Shown: positions 28,144 through 41,963, numbered from the stretch's first letter. The stretch: 49,450 bases of DNA from Collinsella sp. (GCA_022720335.1 JAIHVJ010000001.1:1-49450), one strand, 5' to 3'. Program-made: numbers and translations. Notes: a model not told the origin generated them from the sequence alone.

Positions 28144-29571
28144 CTATGCCTCGACAGTGTCCAGATCGAAGCCAAAGTAGCGAACGGAGTTGTTGTAGCT
28201 GATGTCACGCACGATGGTGCCCAGCAGCTCCATGTCGGCCGGATACTTGCCTTGCTCAACCCACTCGCCGATCACGCTGCACAGCACGCGACGGAAATAC
28301 TCGTGACGCGGATAGGACAGGAAGGAGCGGGAGTCGGTGAGCATGCCGACAAAGTTGCCCAGGACGCCCTCGTTAGCCAGAGCCGTGAGCTGCTCGCGCA
28401 TGCCGACCTCGTTGTCGTTGAACCACCAGGCGGAGCCGTTCTGGATCTTACCGGCAGTCGGAGCCTCCTGGAAACAGCCCATCACGGTATCGATCATGGT
28501 GTTGTCGATGGGGTTCAGGCTGTACAGAATGGTCTTGGGCAAGCCGCAGGTCTCCTGGATGGAGTTGAGGAATTCGGCGAGCTGGTCGGACGGCGTGTAG
28601 TTGGAGATGCAATCGTAGCCGGTGTCGGGACCGAGCTTGGCGAACATAGCGCGGTTGTTGTCACGCTTGCAGCCAAAGTGCAGCTGCATGGCCCAGCCAA
28701 GGCGGACATACTCGCCGGCGACAAACTGCATAAAGGCGGTCTTGTACTTGAGGACCTCTTCCTCGGTAAGCGGCTCGGCAGCCAGACCCTTGGCAAAGAT
28801 GGCCTCGATCTCATCGTCGGTAGCCGGGACGTACATAACGTAATCGAGTGCGTGGTCGGAGGCGCGGCAGCCCAGCTCGTGAGCAACGTCGTAGCGCTTG
28901 GAGATTGCAGACTTCATGCCCTCAAAGTCGCTGACCTCAACGCCGGCAACCTCGGAAAGGTGCTTGCAGTAGTCGGCAAACTCCTGGCCGCGCTCGATGC
29001 GCAAAGCGGCATCGGGGCGCATGGCGGGAACGACCTGAACGTCAAAGCTGTCGTCGGCGGCAATCTTCTTGTGCCACTCAAAGCTGTCGGCGGGGTCGTC
29101 AGTAGTGCAGATCATGCGGACGTTGGACTGCTTGATCAGGTTGCGGCAGGTGAAACTGGCCTCGGCGAGCTTGGCGTTGGCAAGGTCCCAAACCTCCTGG
29201 GCAGTCTTGCCGTTGAGGACGCCCTCGAAGCCAAAGTAGCGCTTAAGCTCCAGGTGGCTCCACTCAAAGACGGGGTTGCCGACGCAGCGACCCAGGGTCT
29301 CGGCCCACTTTTGGAACTTCTCGCGAGCAGGGGCGTCGCCAGTGATAAAGCGCTCGTCGACGCCGTTGGCACGCATCAGGCGCCACTTGTAGTGGTCGCC
29401 GCCCAGCCAAACCTCGGTGATGTTCTCGAAACGCTTGTCCTCCCAAATCTCCTTGGGAGAAATGTGGCAGTGGTAGTCGACGATGGGCATGCCCTCGGCA
29501 AAGTTGTGGAACAGCTCCTCGCCGGTCTTGGTGCTCAGCAGGAAATCCTGATCGTCCATGAAGTTTTTCAT
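28144..29571 (-). CDS. uxaC: Uronate (glucuronate/galacturonate) isomerase
   Basis: PIVDYHCH, GDHYKWRLMR, CTTDDP, GSAWWFND, GMLTDSRSFLSYPRHEYFRR. Confidence 0.96.
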   Translation of the reverse strand: MKNFMDDQDFLLSTKTGEELFHNFAEGMPIVDYHCHISPKEIWEDKRFENITEVWLGGDHYKWRLMRANGVDERFITGDAPAREKFQKWAETLGRCVGNPVFEWSHLELKRYFGFEGVLNGKTAQEVWDLANAKLAEASFTCRNLIKQSNVRMICTTDDPADSFEWHKKIAADDSFDVQVVPAMRPDAALRIERGQEFADYCKHLSEVAGVEVSDFEGMKSAISKRYDVAHELGCRASDHALDYVMYVPATDDEIEAIFAKGLAAEPLTEEEVLKYKTAFMQFVAGEYVRLGWAMQLHFGCKRDNNRAMFAKLGPDTGYDCISNYTPSDQLAEFLNSIQETCGLPKTILYSLNPIDNTMIDTVMGCFQEAPTAGKIQNGSAWWFNDNEVGMREQLTALANEGVLGNFVGMLTDSRSFLSYPRHEYFRRVLCSVIGEWVEQGKYPADMELLGTIVRDISYNNSVRYFGFDLDTVEA

Positions 29572-29624
29572 CAAACAACCCCTTTGTTTGCGGAGCGGGC
29601 GCACAATACGCTCGTCATCTTCTA

Positions 29625-29677
29625 GGTGAACGTTCACCATCTTAGTGCAAAATGCGTTATAAGGTGAACGTTCACCT
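29625..29677. promoter_or_regulatory. Tandem GGTGAACGTTCACC operators upstream of uxaC
   Basis: Perfect palindromes at 29625-29638 and 29662-29677. Confidence 0.8.
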
Positions 29678-29855
29678 AACCATCATGGGGCGAACGGTAG
29701 GTTTTGACCGCTTAACGGTTGCCGAGCCATGGATCCTGCGTTGGATCGGCACAAAGAAAGGCCGCTGACGGCAGATTCGCCATCAGCGGCCTTCGAAACA
29801 ATTTTTCGATCCCCTGCCAAAAAGTACGCGGCAAGTAAGGAACTCCCTAAACGCA

Positions 29856-30935
29856 TTAGATTCCGGCGAGCTCGCAGTAACGATCGACGTTGCTAGCAAA
29901 CACCATCTCAACGGCCCCCTTTTGCACAGGCTCTGCCGGTGTCTTTCCCCACAGCAGGTAATCGCCTAAGGTCTTGGCGCCACGGTATGCCAAACTCACC
30001 GGATCCTTGTAGACGATGTTGGTAAAGATGCCCCGACGCAAGGCCAGCGCACTTTCTGGGAACAGGTCGTTGCCGATCACCATCACTTCGCCGGCCTTGT
30101 TAGCCGAGACAAGCGCATCGGCAATCAGCTCAGAGCCCACGGCGAACACGCTGCAGATCAACTCGGGGGCTTCCGATGACTTTAGACGCTGATTGAGCTC
30201 GTGCTCGAGCTGCTTGACCTGAGCATGAGCGCCGGTCAGATCCTCGACCTGCCAGGGAACATTGTGCTCGCGAAGGTAATTGTGGAAGGCGCGAGCGGTC
30301 AAATAGTGCGAGTCGGTATAGGGGTCGCCCGCCAATAAAAGCACGCGGGTATCGGCCCCGGAAGCGTGAACCAGGTTGGCCGCCTGCTCGGCCATCAGGC
30401 TTCCCGCCGTGGAGTAGTCGGCCAAACTAGCGCCCAGACGATCGAGGTGAGGGCGGTCGCCGTCAACGAGCTCAATCGTCACGCCCGCCTCGGCGATCTG
30501 TCCCAAAAGCTCAGTCGCGCGATCGTCGCCCGGCGCATAGGCGAGCAAGCCATCAATCTTCTCGCCCACCTGCAGACGCTCGTCGATTTGCTCGAGTGCA
30601 TCAGCGTAGCCGCCCACGCCAAATTCAATGCGTTCAACGGTAATGCCCTGGTCGATGACCTCTTGCTCAAAGCGATTGCAGCCTTCCCATAGGTAACGAT
30701 AGAAATAAGCGCCCTCACGCGATGCGCATGGCAGACAAAACAGCAGATTGATGTCCTTACGACGCAGGCTCGAAGCGCTCGTGTTTCGGTGATAGCCCAT
30801 CTCCCCAGCCTTAGCATTAACCTTGGCACGCACAGACTCGCTCACGCCAGCCTTGCCCGTAAGGGCCTTATGCACGGTGTTAATGGAAACGCCAAGCTCG
30901 GCGGCTATGTCCTTCATGGTGACGCGTGCGCTCAT
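29856..30935 (-). CDS. LacI-family regulator (probable uronate regulator)
   Basis: VTMKDIAAELGVSINTVHKAL HTH and sugar-binding domain; directly upstream of uxaC. Confidence 0.88.
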   Translation of the reverse strand: MSARVTMKDIAAELGVSINTVHKALTGKAGVSESVRAKVNAKAGEMGYHRNTSASSLRRKDINLLFCLPCASREGAYFYRYLWEGCNRFEQEVIDQGITVERIEFGVGGYADALEQIDERLQVGEKIDGLLAYAPGDDRATELLGQIAEAGVTIELVDGDRPHLDRLGASLADYSTAGSLMAEQAANLVHASGADTRVLLLAGDPYTDSHYLTARAFHNYLREHNVPWQVEDLTGAHAQVKQLEHELNQRLKSSEAPELICSVFAVGSELIADALVSANKAGEVMVIGNDLFPESALALRRGIFTNIVYKDPVSLAYRGAKTLGDYLLWGKTPAEPVQKGAVEMVFASNVDRYCELAGI

Positions 30936-31079
30936 AGGGTTACTCCGGTACAGACGGGCAGCTAATAAACAATTGAGTTAACGATACCCCAAAATAACCC
31001 AGCAACTCGCCACGCCCACCCTCAAAAGCGAAAAACACCCCGCGAACGGATGCTCGCGAGGCGCTTAGATGTCTGGACC

Positions 31080-31280
31080 TTATTTGATACCGCGGCCCAA
31101 GTCTTCGGCGATTTTGTCCACGCCCTTAAGTGCGGCGCACGTCTTTTTGTTGGAGCAATGCCCCGTGCAAACGCCACCCTGAGCGCAGTCGGCGCAGGTG
31201 CCCTTGCGGTAGATGCGCACGCATACCGCGACAAACGCAATACCAATAACAGCCAGTACAACAATATCGATAGGTGCCAT
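31080..31280 (-). CDS. FeoB-associated Cys-rich small membrane protein
   Basis: TM helix, then C-x2-C-x5-C-x3-C; AGGAGG RBS; downstream of feoB. Confidence 0.75.
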   Translation of the reverse strand: MAPIDIVVLAVIGIAFVAVCVRIYRKGTCADCAQGGVCTGHCSNKKTCAALKGVDKIAEDLGRGIK

Positions 31281-31455
31281 AGCAAGCCTCCTCTAGTTAA
31301 CCACCACTTACTTTACCCCATTCTCCACCTACCAAAAAGGGACAGGTTTGTTTTGGTCGGTTTTATCTGCGGAAACGCCACATCTCTCCCACCAAAAAGC
31401 CCGAGTGTCGCTGGGACACCCGGGCTCGTGGAAAGGGGTTAATCCTTATTCGGAC

Positions 31456-33783
31456 TTAAGCGGAAACTGCGGCGGAAGCAGTGTTGGTCTCGTCCTCATC
31501 GGTCCATACATGCTTGGGCATGGGACGGAAGATCTGGAAGAGCATCGCAACCAGCAGCACAATGGCCACAACCGTCCAGATACCAAACTGCCCAAGGACA
31601 AGCAGGTTGTAGAACTGGTTGATGAACAGGCCGATCACCCAAGCGAAGGCGCACTCGTAGCCGATGGCAGTCGCGGTCCACTTGCCAGAGTCCATCTGGT
31701 TGCGGATGGTGCCAATGGCGGCAAAGCACGGAGCGCACAGCAGGTTGAAGGCGCCGAAGGCAACGCAAGCGCCCATGGTGGGGAACATGCCGGCAAACGC
31801 GGTCCACAGGCTCGGGTCGGTCTCGCCCGCGTCGGCGACGGACAGCAGCGAGCCGGCGGTGGCGACGACGTTCTCCTTGGCGACGAGGCCAGAGACGGTC
31901 AGCGCGGTGGCCTGCCAGGTGCTAAAGCCGAGCGGGGCGAAGATCCAAGCGACCAGGTTGCCGAGCATGGCGAGCACGGAGTAGTCCATAAACTCCTCGG
32001 GGATGCCGTCCATCGCAGGCAGGAAGCCAAAGGAACCGTTATAGCTACCAAAGTTGGAGAGGAACCAAACGACGACGGTGGACGCAAAGATGACCGTGCC
32101 GGCCTTCTTGATAAAGGCCCAGCAGCGCTCCCACACGTGCAGCGCCCAGGAACGGATCGCCGGGAAGTGGTAGGCAGGAAGCTCCATGACAAACGGGGTC
32201 GGACGGCCGGCGAAGAGCTTGGTCTTCTTGAGCATGAGGCCCGAGGCGATGACGGCAAAGACGCCCAGGAAGTAGAAGAGCGGGCTGATCCATGCGGCCG
32301 TGGTGGAAGAATCGCCAATGATGGAGCCCATGAGCAGGGCGATGATCGGCAGCTTGGCGCCGCAGGGGATGAACGTGGTGGTCATGACCGTCATGCGGCG
32401 GTCCTTCTCGTTCTCGATGGTCTTGGTGGCCATGACGCCGGGGACGCCGCAGCCCGAGGACACGAGCATGGGGATGAACGACTTACCGGACAGGCCAAAG
32501 CGGCGGAACACGCGGTCCATGATAAAGGCGACGCGGGCCATGTAGCCGCAGTCCTCCAGGAAGGACAGCATCACGAACAGCAGGAACATCTGCGGCACAA
32601 AGCCGAAGATGGCGCCCAGGCCGCCAACGATGCCGTCGCAGACCAGCGAATCGACCAGGCCACCGTCCTCGGTGCCACCCGCCACGAGGGCATCGTGCAC
32701 CATGGTGGTGATACCCGGGACATAGGGGCCGTACTGTGCCGGGTCGACCGAGTCGGCGTCGTCACCCGCGGCCTCGACAGCCGCGTCGTAAGCGTCGCGG
32801 CCCTGACCGAGCACGTACCAGCCGTCGGTGCCGAAGAGCTGGTCGTTGGTGAAGTCCGTCACCGTGCCACCCAAGGTGGAAACGGCGATGTAGTACACGC
32901 AGAACATGATGACGACAAAAATCGGCAGGCCCAGGATACGGTTGGTAACCACGCGGTCGATCTTCTCGGAGGTGCTCATCTTGGCCGGGGCCTTGGTGAG
33001 GCACTCGTCGATGATGTGTGCGATCACGCCGTAGCGCTCACCGGTGATGATGGACTCGGCATCGTCGTCGCAGTCCTGCTCGCACTGAGCGACCAGCTCC
33101 TCCACGCGAGCGGCCTTCTCCTTGGTGAGGTTGATGAGCTTGCAGGCGTCCGCATCACGCTCGAACAGCTTGACGGCGTAATAGCGGCGCTTGTTAGCGG
33201 GAACGCTCGCAGGCAGATTGTTTTCGATGTGGTCAAGAACGTCCTCGATGGAGGAGTCGAACTTGTGCTCCGGCACCTGGCCCTTGGAAGCTGCAGACTT
33301 CTTGACCTGCTCGAAGAGCTCCTTGATGCCCTTGTTCTTAAGAGCGGAGATCATCATGACCGGGCAACCGAGCTTCTTGGAGAGCTTGTCCGTATCGATC
33401 TTATCGCCGTTCTTCTCGACCAGGTCGGCCATGTTGAGGGCGACGACCACGGGCAGGCCGGTCTCGATAACCTGAAGCGCCAGGTACAGGTTACGCTCGA
33501 GGTTGGTGGCGTCGACCACCTGGACGACAACATCGGGCTCGCCGCTCATGAGGTAATCGCGCGAGCACTGCTCCTCGGGGCTGTAGGGGGAAAGCGAGTA
33601 GATGCCGGGGAGGTCCGTGATGGTAACGTTCTTGTCGCTTAGGAGCTTGGCTTCCTTTTTCTCAACCGTGACGCCGGGCCAGTTGCCAACGTAGCCGTTG
33701 GCGCCGGTGATCAGGTTGAAAAGCGTGGTCTTGCCGCAGTTGGGGTTACCCGCCAGCGCGACATGGATCTGAGAATCCGCCAT
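31456..33783 (-). CDS. feoB: Ferrous iron transporter B
   Basis: GNPNCGKT, VGNWPGVTVEKK, DLPGIYSL, LEDCGYMAR, FVMELP. Confidence 0.96.
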   Translation of the reverse strand: MADSQIHVALAGNPNCGKTTLFNLITGANGYVGNWPGVTVEKKEAKLLSDKNVTITDLPGIYSLSPYSPEEQCSRDYLMSGEPDVVVQVVDATNLERNLYLALQVIETGLPVVVALNMADLVEKNGDKIDTDKLSKKLGCPVMMISALKNKGIKELFEQVKKSAASKGQVPEHKFDSSIEDVLDHIENNLPASVPANKRRYYAVKLFERDADACKLINLTKEKAARVEELVAQCEQDCDDDAESIITGERYGVIAHIIDECLTKAPAKMSTSEKIDRVVTNRILGLPIFVVIMFCVYYIAVSTLGGTVTDFTNDQLFGTDGWYVLGQGRDAYDAAVEAAGDDADSVDPAQYGPYVPGITTMVHDALVAGGTEDGGLVDSLVCDGIVGGLGAIFGFVPQMFLLFVMLSFLEDCGYMARVAFIMDRVFRRFGLSGKSFIPMLVSSGCGVPGVMATKTIENEKDRRMTVMTTTFIPCGAKLPIIALLMGSIIGDSSTTAAWISPLFYFLGVFAVIASGLMLKKTKLFAGRPTPFVMELPAYHFPAIRSWALHVWERCWAFIKKAGTVIFASTVVVWFLSNFGSYNGSFGFLPAMDGIPEEFMDYSVLAMLGNLVAWIFAPLGFSTWQATALTVSGLVAKENVVATAGSLLSVADAGETDPSLWTAFAGMFPTMGACVAFGAFNLLCAPCFAAIGTIRNQMDSGKWTATAIGYECAFAWVIGLFINQFYNLLVLGQFGIWTVVAIVLLVAMLFQIFRPMPKHVWTDEDETNTASAAVSA

Positions 33784-33858
33784 TCAATCCTTCTTCCTTG
33801 TGTGCCTGCGCTGCTTTCTCCGCGCAGGCTGGATAATGTGCTTCAAAAATGCTGCATT

Positions 33859-33878
33859 AAGTTAGAAATACCTAACTT
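33859..33878. promoter_or_regulatory. DtxR/MntR-type metal-regulator box candidate
   Basis: Palindrome AAGTTAG-N6-CTAACTT upstream of feoB; related sites at 34455-34474, 34485-34504 and 31294-31313. Confidence 0.55.
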
Positions 33879-33906
33879 TATCTGCAGAAACATACGCCGC
33901 GAGCCC

Positions 33907-34128
33907 TTATTGGACCTCGACGACGGCCGCCTCCTCCTTGCGGATGGAAAGCTCGTAGCCGCGCACGTTGATCTCGACCGGATCACCGAGCGGTGCAACC
34001 TTCACGACCTTGAACGAAGTGCCCTTGATGAGCCCCAGGTCCATAAGGTGGCGGCGAAGCGCACCCTCACCGTGAAGCTTGACGATGGTGGAGCTCTCGC
34101 CCACCTTAACGTCACCCAACGTCTTCAT
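33907..34128 (-). CDS. feoA: FeoA protein
   Basis: LRRHLMDLGL..G..VAPLGDPVEINVRGYELSIRK. Confidence 0.93.
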   Translation of the reverse strand: MKTLGDVKVGESSTIVKLHGEGALRRHLMDLGLIKGTSFKVVKVAPLGDPVEINVRGYELSIRKEEAAVVEVQ

Positions 34129-34167
34129 CCTCTTGTCCCCCTTTCGGTTTTTATGAAATGCTGCAGA

Positions 34168-34410
34168 CTAACCGACGGTCATGATGTGCATGGCAACCTT
34201 GGAATCGATACCAAAGCGTGCGCCCAGCACAGTGACGATGATATTGGCGCCACTCGAGCTCACCACGTGGATTTCGCTGCCCTCGACAAAGCCGAGGTCC
34301 TTGAGGTGGTGCTTCATATCCTCATTGCCCTTTACACGAGACACGCGCACGGTTTCGCCCGCTTTTACCATCGAAAGCGGCATTGCCGGCATCTGCGGTC
34401 CGCAAGACAT
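34168..34410 (-). CDS. feoA: FeoA protein (second paralogue)
   Basis: MPLSMVKAGE..HLKDLGFVEG..ARFGIDSKVA. Confidence 0.85.
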   Translation of the reverse strand: MSCGPQMPAMPLSMVKAGETVRVSRVKGNEDMKHHLKDLGFVEGSEIHVVSSSGANIIVTVLGARFGIDSKVAMHIMTVG

Positions 34411-34598
34411 GAGTGGCTCCTAACGTCAGTTCGTCCTCAACATCGACGCGGTAAAAGTTAACCACGCCTATGTTCGCTTTAGTAAACTAACACGTGGTTA
34501 ACTTTTTGGAAAGGGTCCCCATTCAGATTTCGAAAAAGTTTCCTATACGAAACAAAAGGGCACGGCAAAGGACCATCCTTTACCACGCCCTATCATGC

Positions 34599-34847
34599 TT
34601 AGAGTGAGAGATTTCTGATCGACGTAACGCAGGAAGCCTCGTCTACGCCCGAAACGCGGAAGATGATGTCCTCGCCGCACTCGCCGTAGAGAGCCATGAG
34701 TCCCATGACATCGCGGCCATTCGTGTGGCGATCGCCGATACTGACTGACACGTCGCAACGATGCTTGGCAATGATGTCATAGAGCAGCGCAACCGGGCGG
34801 GCATGTAATCCCAACGGATCTTTAATCGTCTTTGTAAACTCGACCAT
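34599..34847 (-). CDS. HPr-family phosphocarrier protein (His15 intact, Asp at position 46)
   Basis: GLHARP with His at residue 15; NGRDVMGLM in place of canonical N-x-K-S46-I-M-G; GGAGG RBS. Confidence 0.85.
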   Translation of the reverse strand: MVEFTKTIKDPLGLHARPVALLYDIIAKHRCDVSVSIGDRHTNGRDVMGLMALYGECGEDIIFRVSGVDEASCVTSIRNLSL

Positions 34848-34940
34848 GTCCCCTCCCACGACATCGTACATTCGGCTGGCAAACCCAGCCATGTGGTAGT
34901 TATTGTAGCGTTAGATGCTTGTCGAGGACCCTTTCGGACA

Positions 34941-35168
34941 CCCCGTGGACAAAAAGTGGCAAATATGAGTACTGTCACAAATTTAGTAGCAGCAGAATTG
35001 AGAGCAAATTGGCCGATTTGGCCGATTTTAATGTTTTGGAAGCCATCGAATCGCGTCTATAGGGGGTTAGATAAATTGATTTTGAGCCCATTTTCGCTCA
35101 GAACAGGCCGAAAAATATGACACCTCTTTTGCAACAGTACTCATATTTGGCATTTTTTGCCCACAGGG
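34941..35168. mobile_element. 228-bp MITE-like element with ~41-bp imperfect terminal inverted repeats
   Basis: CCCCGTGGACAAAAAGTGGCAAATATGAGTACTGTCACAAA versus the reverse complement of 35128-35168 (6 mismatches); AT-rich non-coding interior. Confidence 0.55.
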
Positions 35169-35193
35169 TCCAAAACCATGCTCCAAAACACAA

Positions 35194-35221
35194 AAGGAGG
35201 GGCCTCGTAAGGCCCCTCCTT
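35194..35221 (-). terminator. Intrinsic terminator of the ebg operon
   Basis: AAGGAGGGGCCT-CGTA-AGGCCCCTCCTT with T-run on the minus strand. Confidence 0.75.
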
Positions 35222-35268
35222 AGGAAAGGGAATCGATTTATTCCACAGCCGTAGATTAATCCTAGCCG

Positions 35269-36744
<1,476 letters not shown>

Positions 36745-36885
36745 TCATCTATTAAATGTCATCTAAACCCGTCCGAGCTGCAAGTGCAAACACGGACGGC
36801 GCACCTGCTAAGGGGAATGGGGAAAAGGGAGTCAACAAAGCCATCCCCCTTAACGGCGCGAAGCAAACGTCCAGGCGGACGAATA

Positions 36886-37341
36886 CTACTTGTTGGGGAA
36901 GGAATAACCTTCGACCGTCACGTGCAGTACCACGACGCGGGGATCCGCGGCATCGGCCACGACACGGTAGGCCTCGTCAATTTCGACGACGGCAACGCCG
37001 CCGGCGGGAATCGTCACGGTCTCCCCCGCCCCCTCAAAGCGCTCGCGATCATCGATATCGCTGTAAGCGCGGGTGCAGGTGAGGCCTGCCTTGGGGGCAA
37101 CCTCGACGGTCAGGTCGCCGTCGAGCGGAGCGAGCACGGCATGGTAGCGACGGTGACCGACCAGGTCGGCGGTTGCGGCCTCGCGGGCATAGACCCACCA
37201 GTACACCAGCGAGTCGCCGATGGAGTACGCCACATCGTGCTGCAGTTCAGAAACGCCGTCGAGCGCCTGGCCGGTACGCATCCACTTCTTGACGGACTTC
37301 ATCTGAGCGTCGAAATCGGCGCGCGAGTTAAAGACATGCAT
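36886..37341 (-). CDS. ebgC: Beta-galactosidase beta subunit (YhcH/YjgK/YiaL family)
   Basis: YSIGDSLVY, VGHRRYH, YSDIDDRE, HVTVEG..FPNK; immediately downstream of ebgA. Confidence 0.8.
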   Translation of the reverse strand: MHVFNSRADFDAQMKSVKKWMRTGQALDGVSELQHDVAYSIGDSLVYWWVYAREAATADLVGHRRYHAVLAPLDGDLTVEVAPKAGLTCTRAYSDIDDRERFEGAGETVTIPAGGVAVVEIDEAYRVVADAADPRVVVLHVTVEGYSFPNK

Positions 37342-37344
37342 GGC

Positions 37345-40368
<3,024 letters not shown>

Positions 40369-40384
40369 TCATCGTAGTGATTCT

Positions 40385-40489
40385 TGTGCAACCGGTTGTC
40401 CTTATCTTACGGTCGATGCAAAAAACTGTGCAACCGGTTGTCCGCTGAACGGTCGATTTGGTCGGGTTAACTGTGCAACCGGTTGTACA
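40385..40489. promoter_or_regulatory. Three TGTGCAACCGGTTGT operators upstream of ebgA
   Basis: Copies start at 40385, 40427 and 40472; LacI-type palindrome with central CG. Confidence 0.8.
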
Positions 40490-40729
40490 ACCGCCTCACT
40501 TATGTCACCCTGAGTATCGACACTCAGCGCAAGACATCGTTCTTAAGCTCGTAGGCAACCACCACGCCCGCTGATATCTCACCCACACGAGACGTATTCG
40601 ATTGTGGCTTGGTTGCAAAACGACACCGGTCACCGGATACCATGAACGCTGTTCAGGCGCACTATAGTAAGCTGTATCCGCACCAACCCGTATCAGCGAC
40701 AACATCGACCGCATTCTCCAGGAGACGCC

Positions 40730-41746
40730 ATGACCCAACCAGTTCGCACCGCACCTACGCTTGCCGAGGTTGCCGCAGCTGCCGGCGTGTCGCGCTCCAC
40801 GGCATCGCGCGCTCTCAACGATTCGCCCCGCATTAGCGAGGAAACCAAAAAGCGCGTCCGCGCGGCGGCCAAGGAAGTCAATTTTGTCCCCAACGCTCGT
40901 GGCCGAGCGCTCGCTGTCGGGCGCACGGAAATCATCGCCGTGCTCGTGACCGAGCCCCTAAGTGAACTCTTCAGCGACCCCACCTATAGCGAGTTTTTGA
41001 GCGGCATTACCGAGGAACTGTCGGAGTCGTCCTATCTGCCCGTTATCTTGCAGGCGTCTTCTACGCATGAGCGCAACCGCGCACGCGAGCACTTTGAGCG
41101 CCGCTCGTTCGACGCCGTGATCGACGTCTCCCCCTACAAGGGCAGCGAGCTGCTCGAGGTGCTGCGCGAGCTGGGCGTACCCACCGTGTTGTGCGGCCAG
41201 CTCGAGGGCCACCCCTATCGCGATGTGTTCTCGACAGTCTACTCTGACGACGAAGAGGGCGGACACTTTGCGGCACTCGCCATGAAGGAACGCGGGCGCA
41301 AAGATATCGTCGCCGTGTTGGGACCGCAAGACAACCCCGCTGTTGTCGACCGCCTGCGCGGCTACCGTGCCGTCTTGGGCGAAGACCTCCCAGACGCAAA
41401 CGTTATCTATACCGGCTGGAACAACGGAGACGGCTATCAGGCCATGCACCAGATCCTCGCGCGCGAGATTGCTTTCGATGGCGTGCTCTGCGGATCGGAC
41501 CGTATCGCGGCTGGCGTCATCACCGCGCTCAACGAGGCAGGCCTATCCGTTCCTGCGGACGTTTCTGTCGTCGGCTTCGACGATCACGAGATTGCGACGC
41601 GCTGCGTCCCCGCGCTCACGACCGTCCGCCAGCCCCTGCGCGAAGAAGGCCACATGGCCGCCAACATTGTGCTCGACATGATCAAGGGTGCCGAGCCCAC
41701 CACCTCCGTGATGCACATGCAGCTGATCCAGAGAGACTCGCTATAA
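40730..41746 (+). CDS. LacI-family regulator, divergent from ebgA
   Basis: TLAEVAAAAGVSRSTASRALN, SVVGFDD, LTTVRQP. Confidence 0.92.
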   Translation: MTQPVRTAPTLAEVAAAAGVSRSTASRALNDSPRISEETKKRVRAAAKEVNFVPNARGRALAVGRTEIIAVLVTEPLSELFSDPTYSEFLSGITEELSESSYLPVILQASSTHERNRAREHFERRSFDAVIDVSPYKGSELLEVLRELGVPTVLCGQLEGHPYRDVFSTVYSDDEEGGHFAALAMKERGRKDIVAVLGPQDNPAVVDRLRGYRAVLGEDLPDANVIYTGWNNGDGYQAMHQILAREIAFDGVLCGSDRIAAGVITALNEAGLSVPADVSVVGFDDHEIATRCVPALTTVRQPLREEGHMAANIVLDMIKGAEPTTSVMHMQLIQRDSL

Positions 41747-41750
41747 GAAA

Positions 41751-41963
41751 CTGGGGCAGGCTTTCCGCCAGACAGTTGTTGCGGAAAGCCTGCCCCGTTT
41801 TGAGCGCTCATTCTGGGGCACAGTTTCCGTTAGACGGCTCAACCGGAAACTGTGCCCCATTATTTTGCCGAATTCTGGGTCGCGCTTTCCCAGAGGACCC
41901 CCTTTGGGAAAGCGTGACCCGTTCTGGACGCAAATTCCGGGACGCAGCTTCCTCGACGTCCGG
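41751..41963. repeat. Tandem array of 62-bp hairpin units (3 complete + 1 partial)
   Basis: Units start at 41751, 41813, 41875 and 41937; each complete unit has a GGG...TTTCC / GGAAA...CCC stem with compensatory changes. Confidence 0.8.

Noticed and set aside
41751..41963. CRISPR array interpretation of the 62-bp or 67-bp repeats
   Set aside because: No identical direct repeats with unique spacers, and no cas genes in the window.
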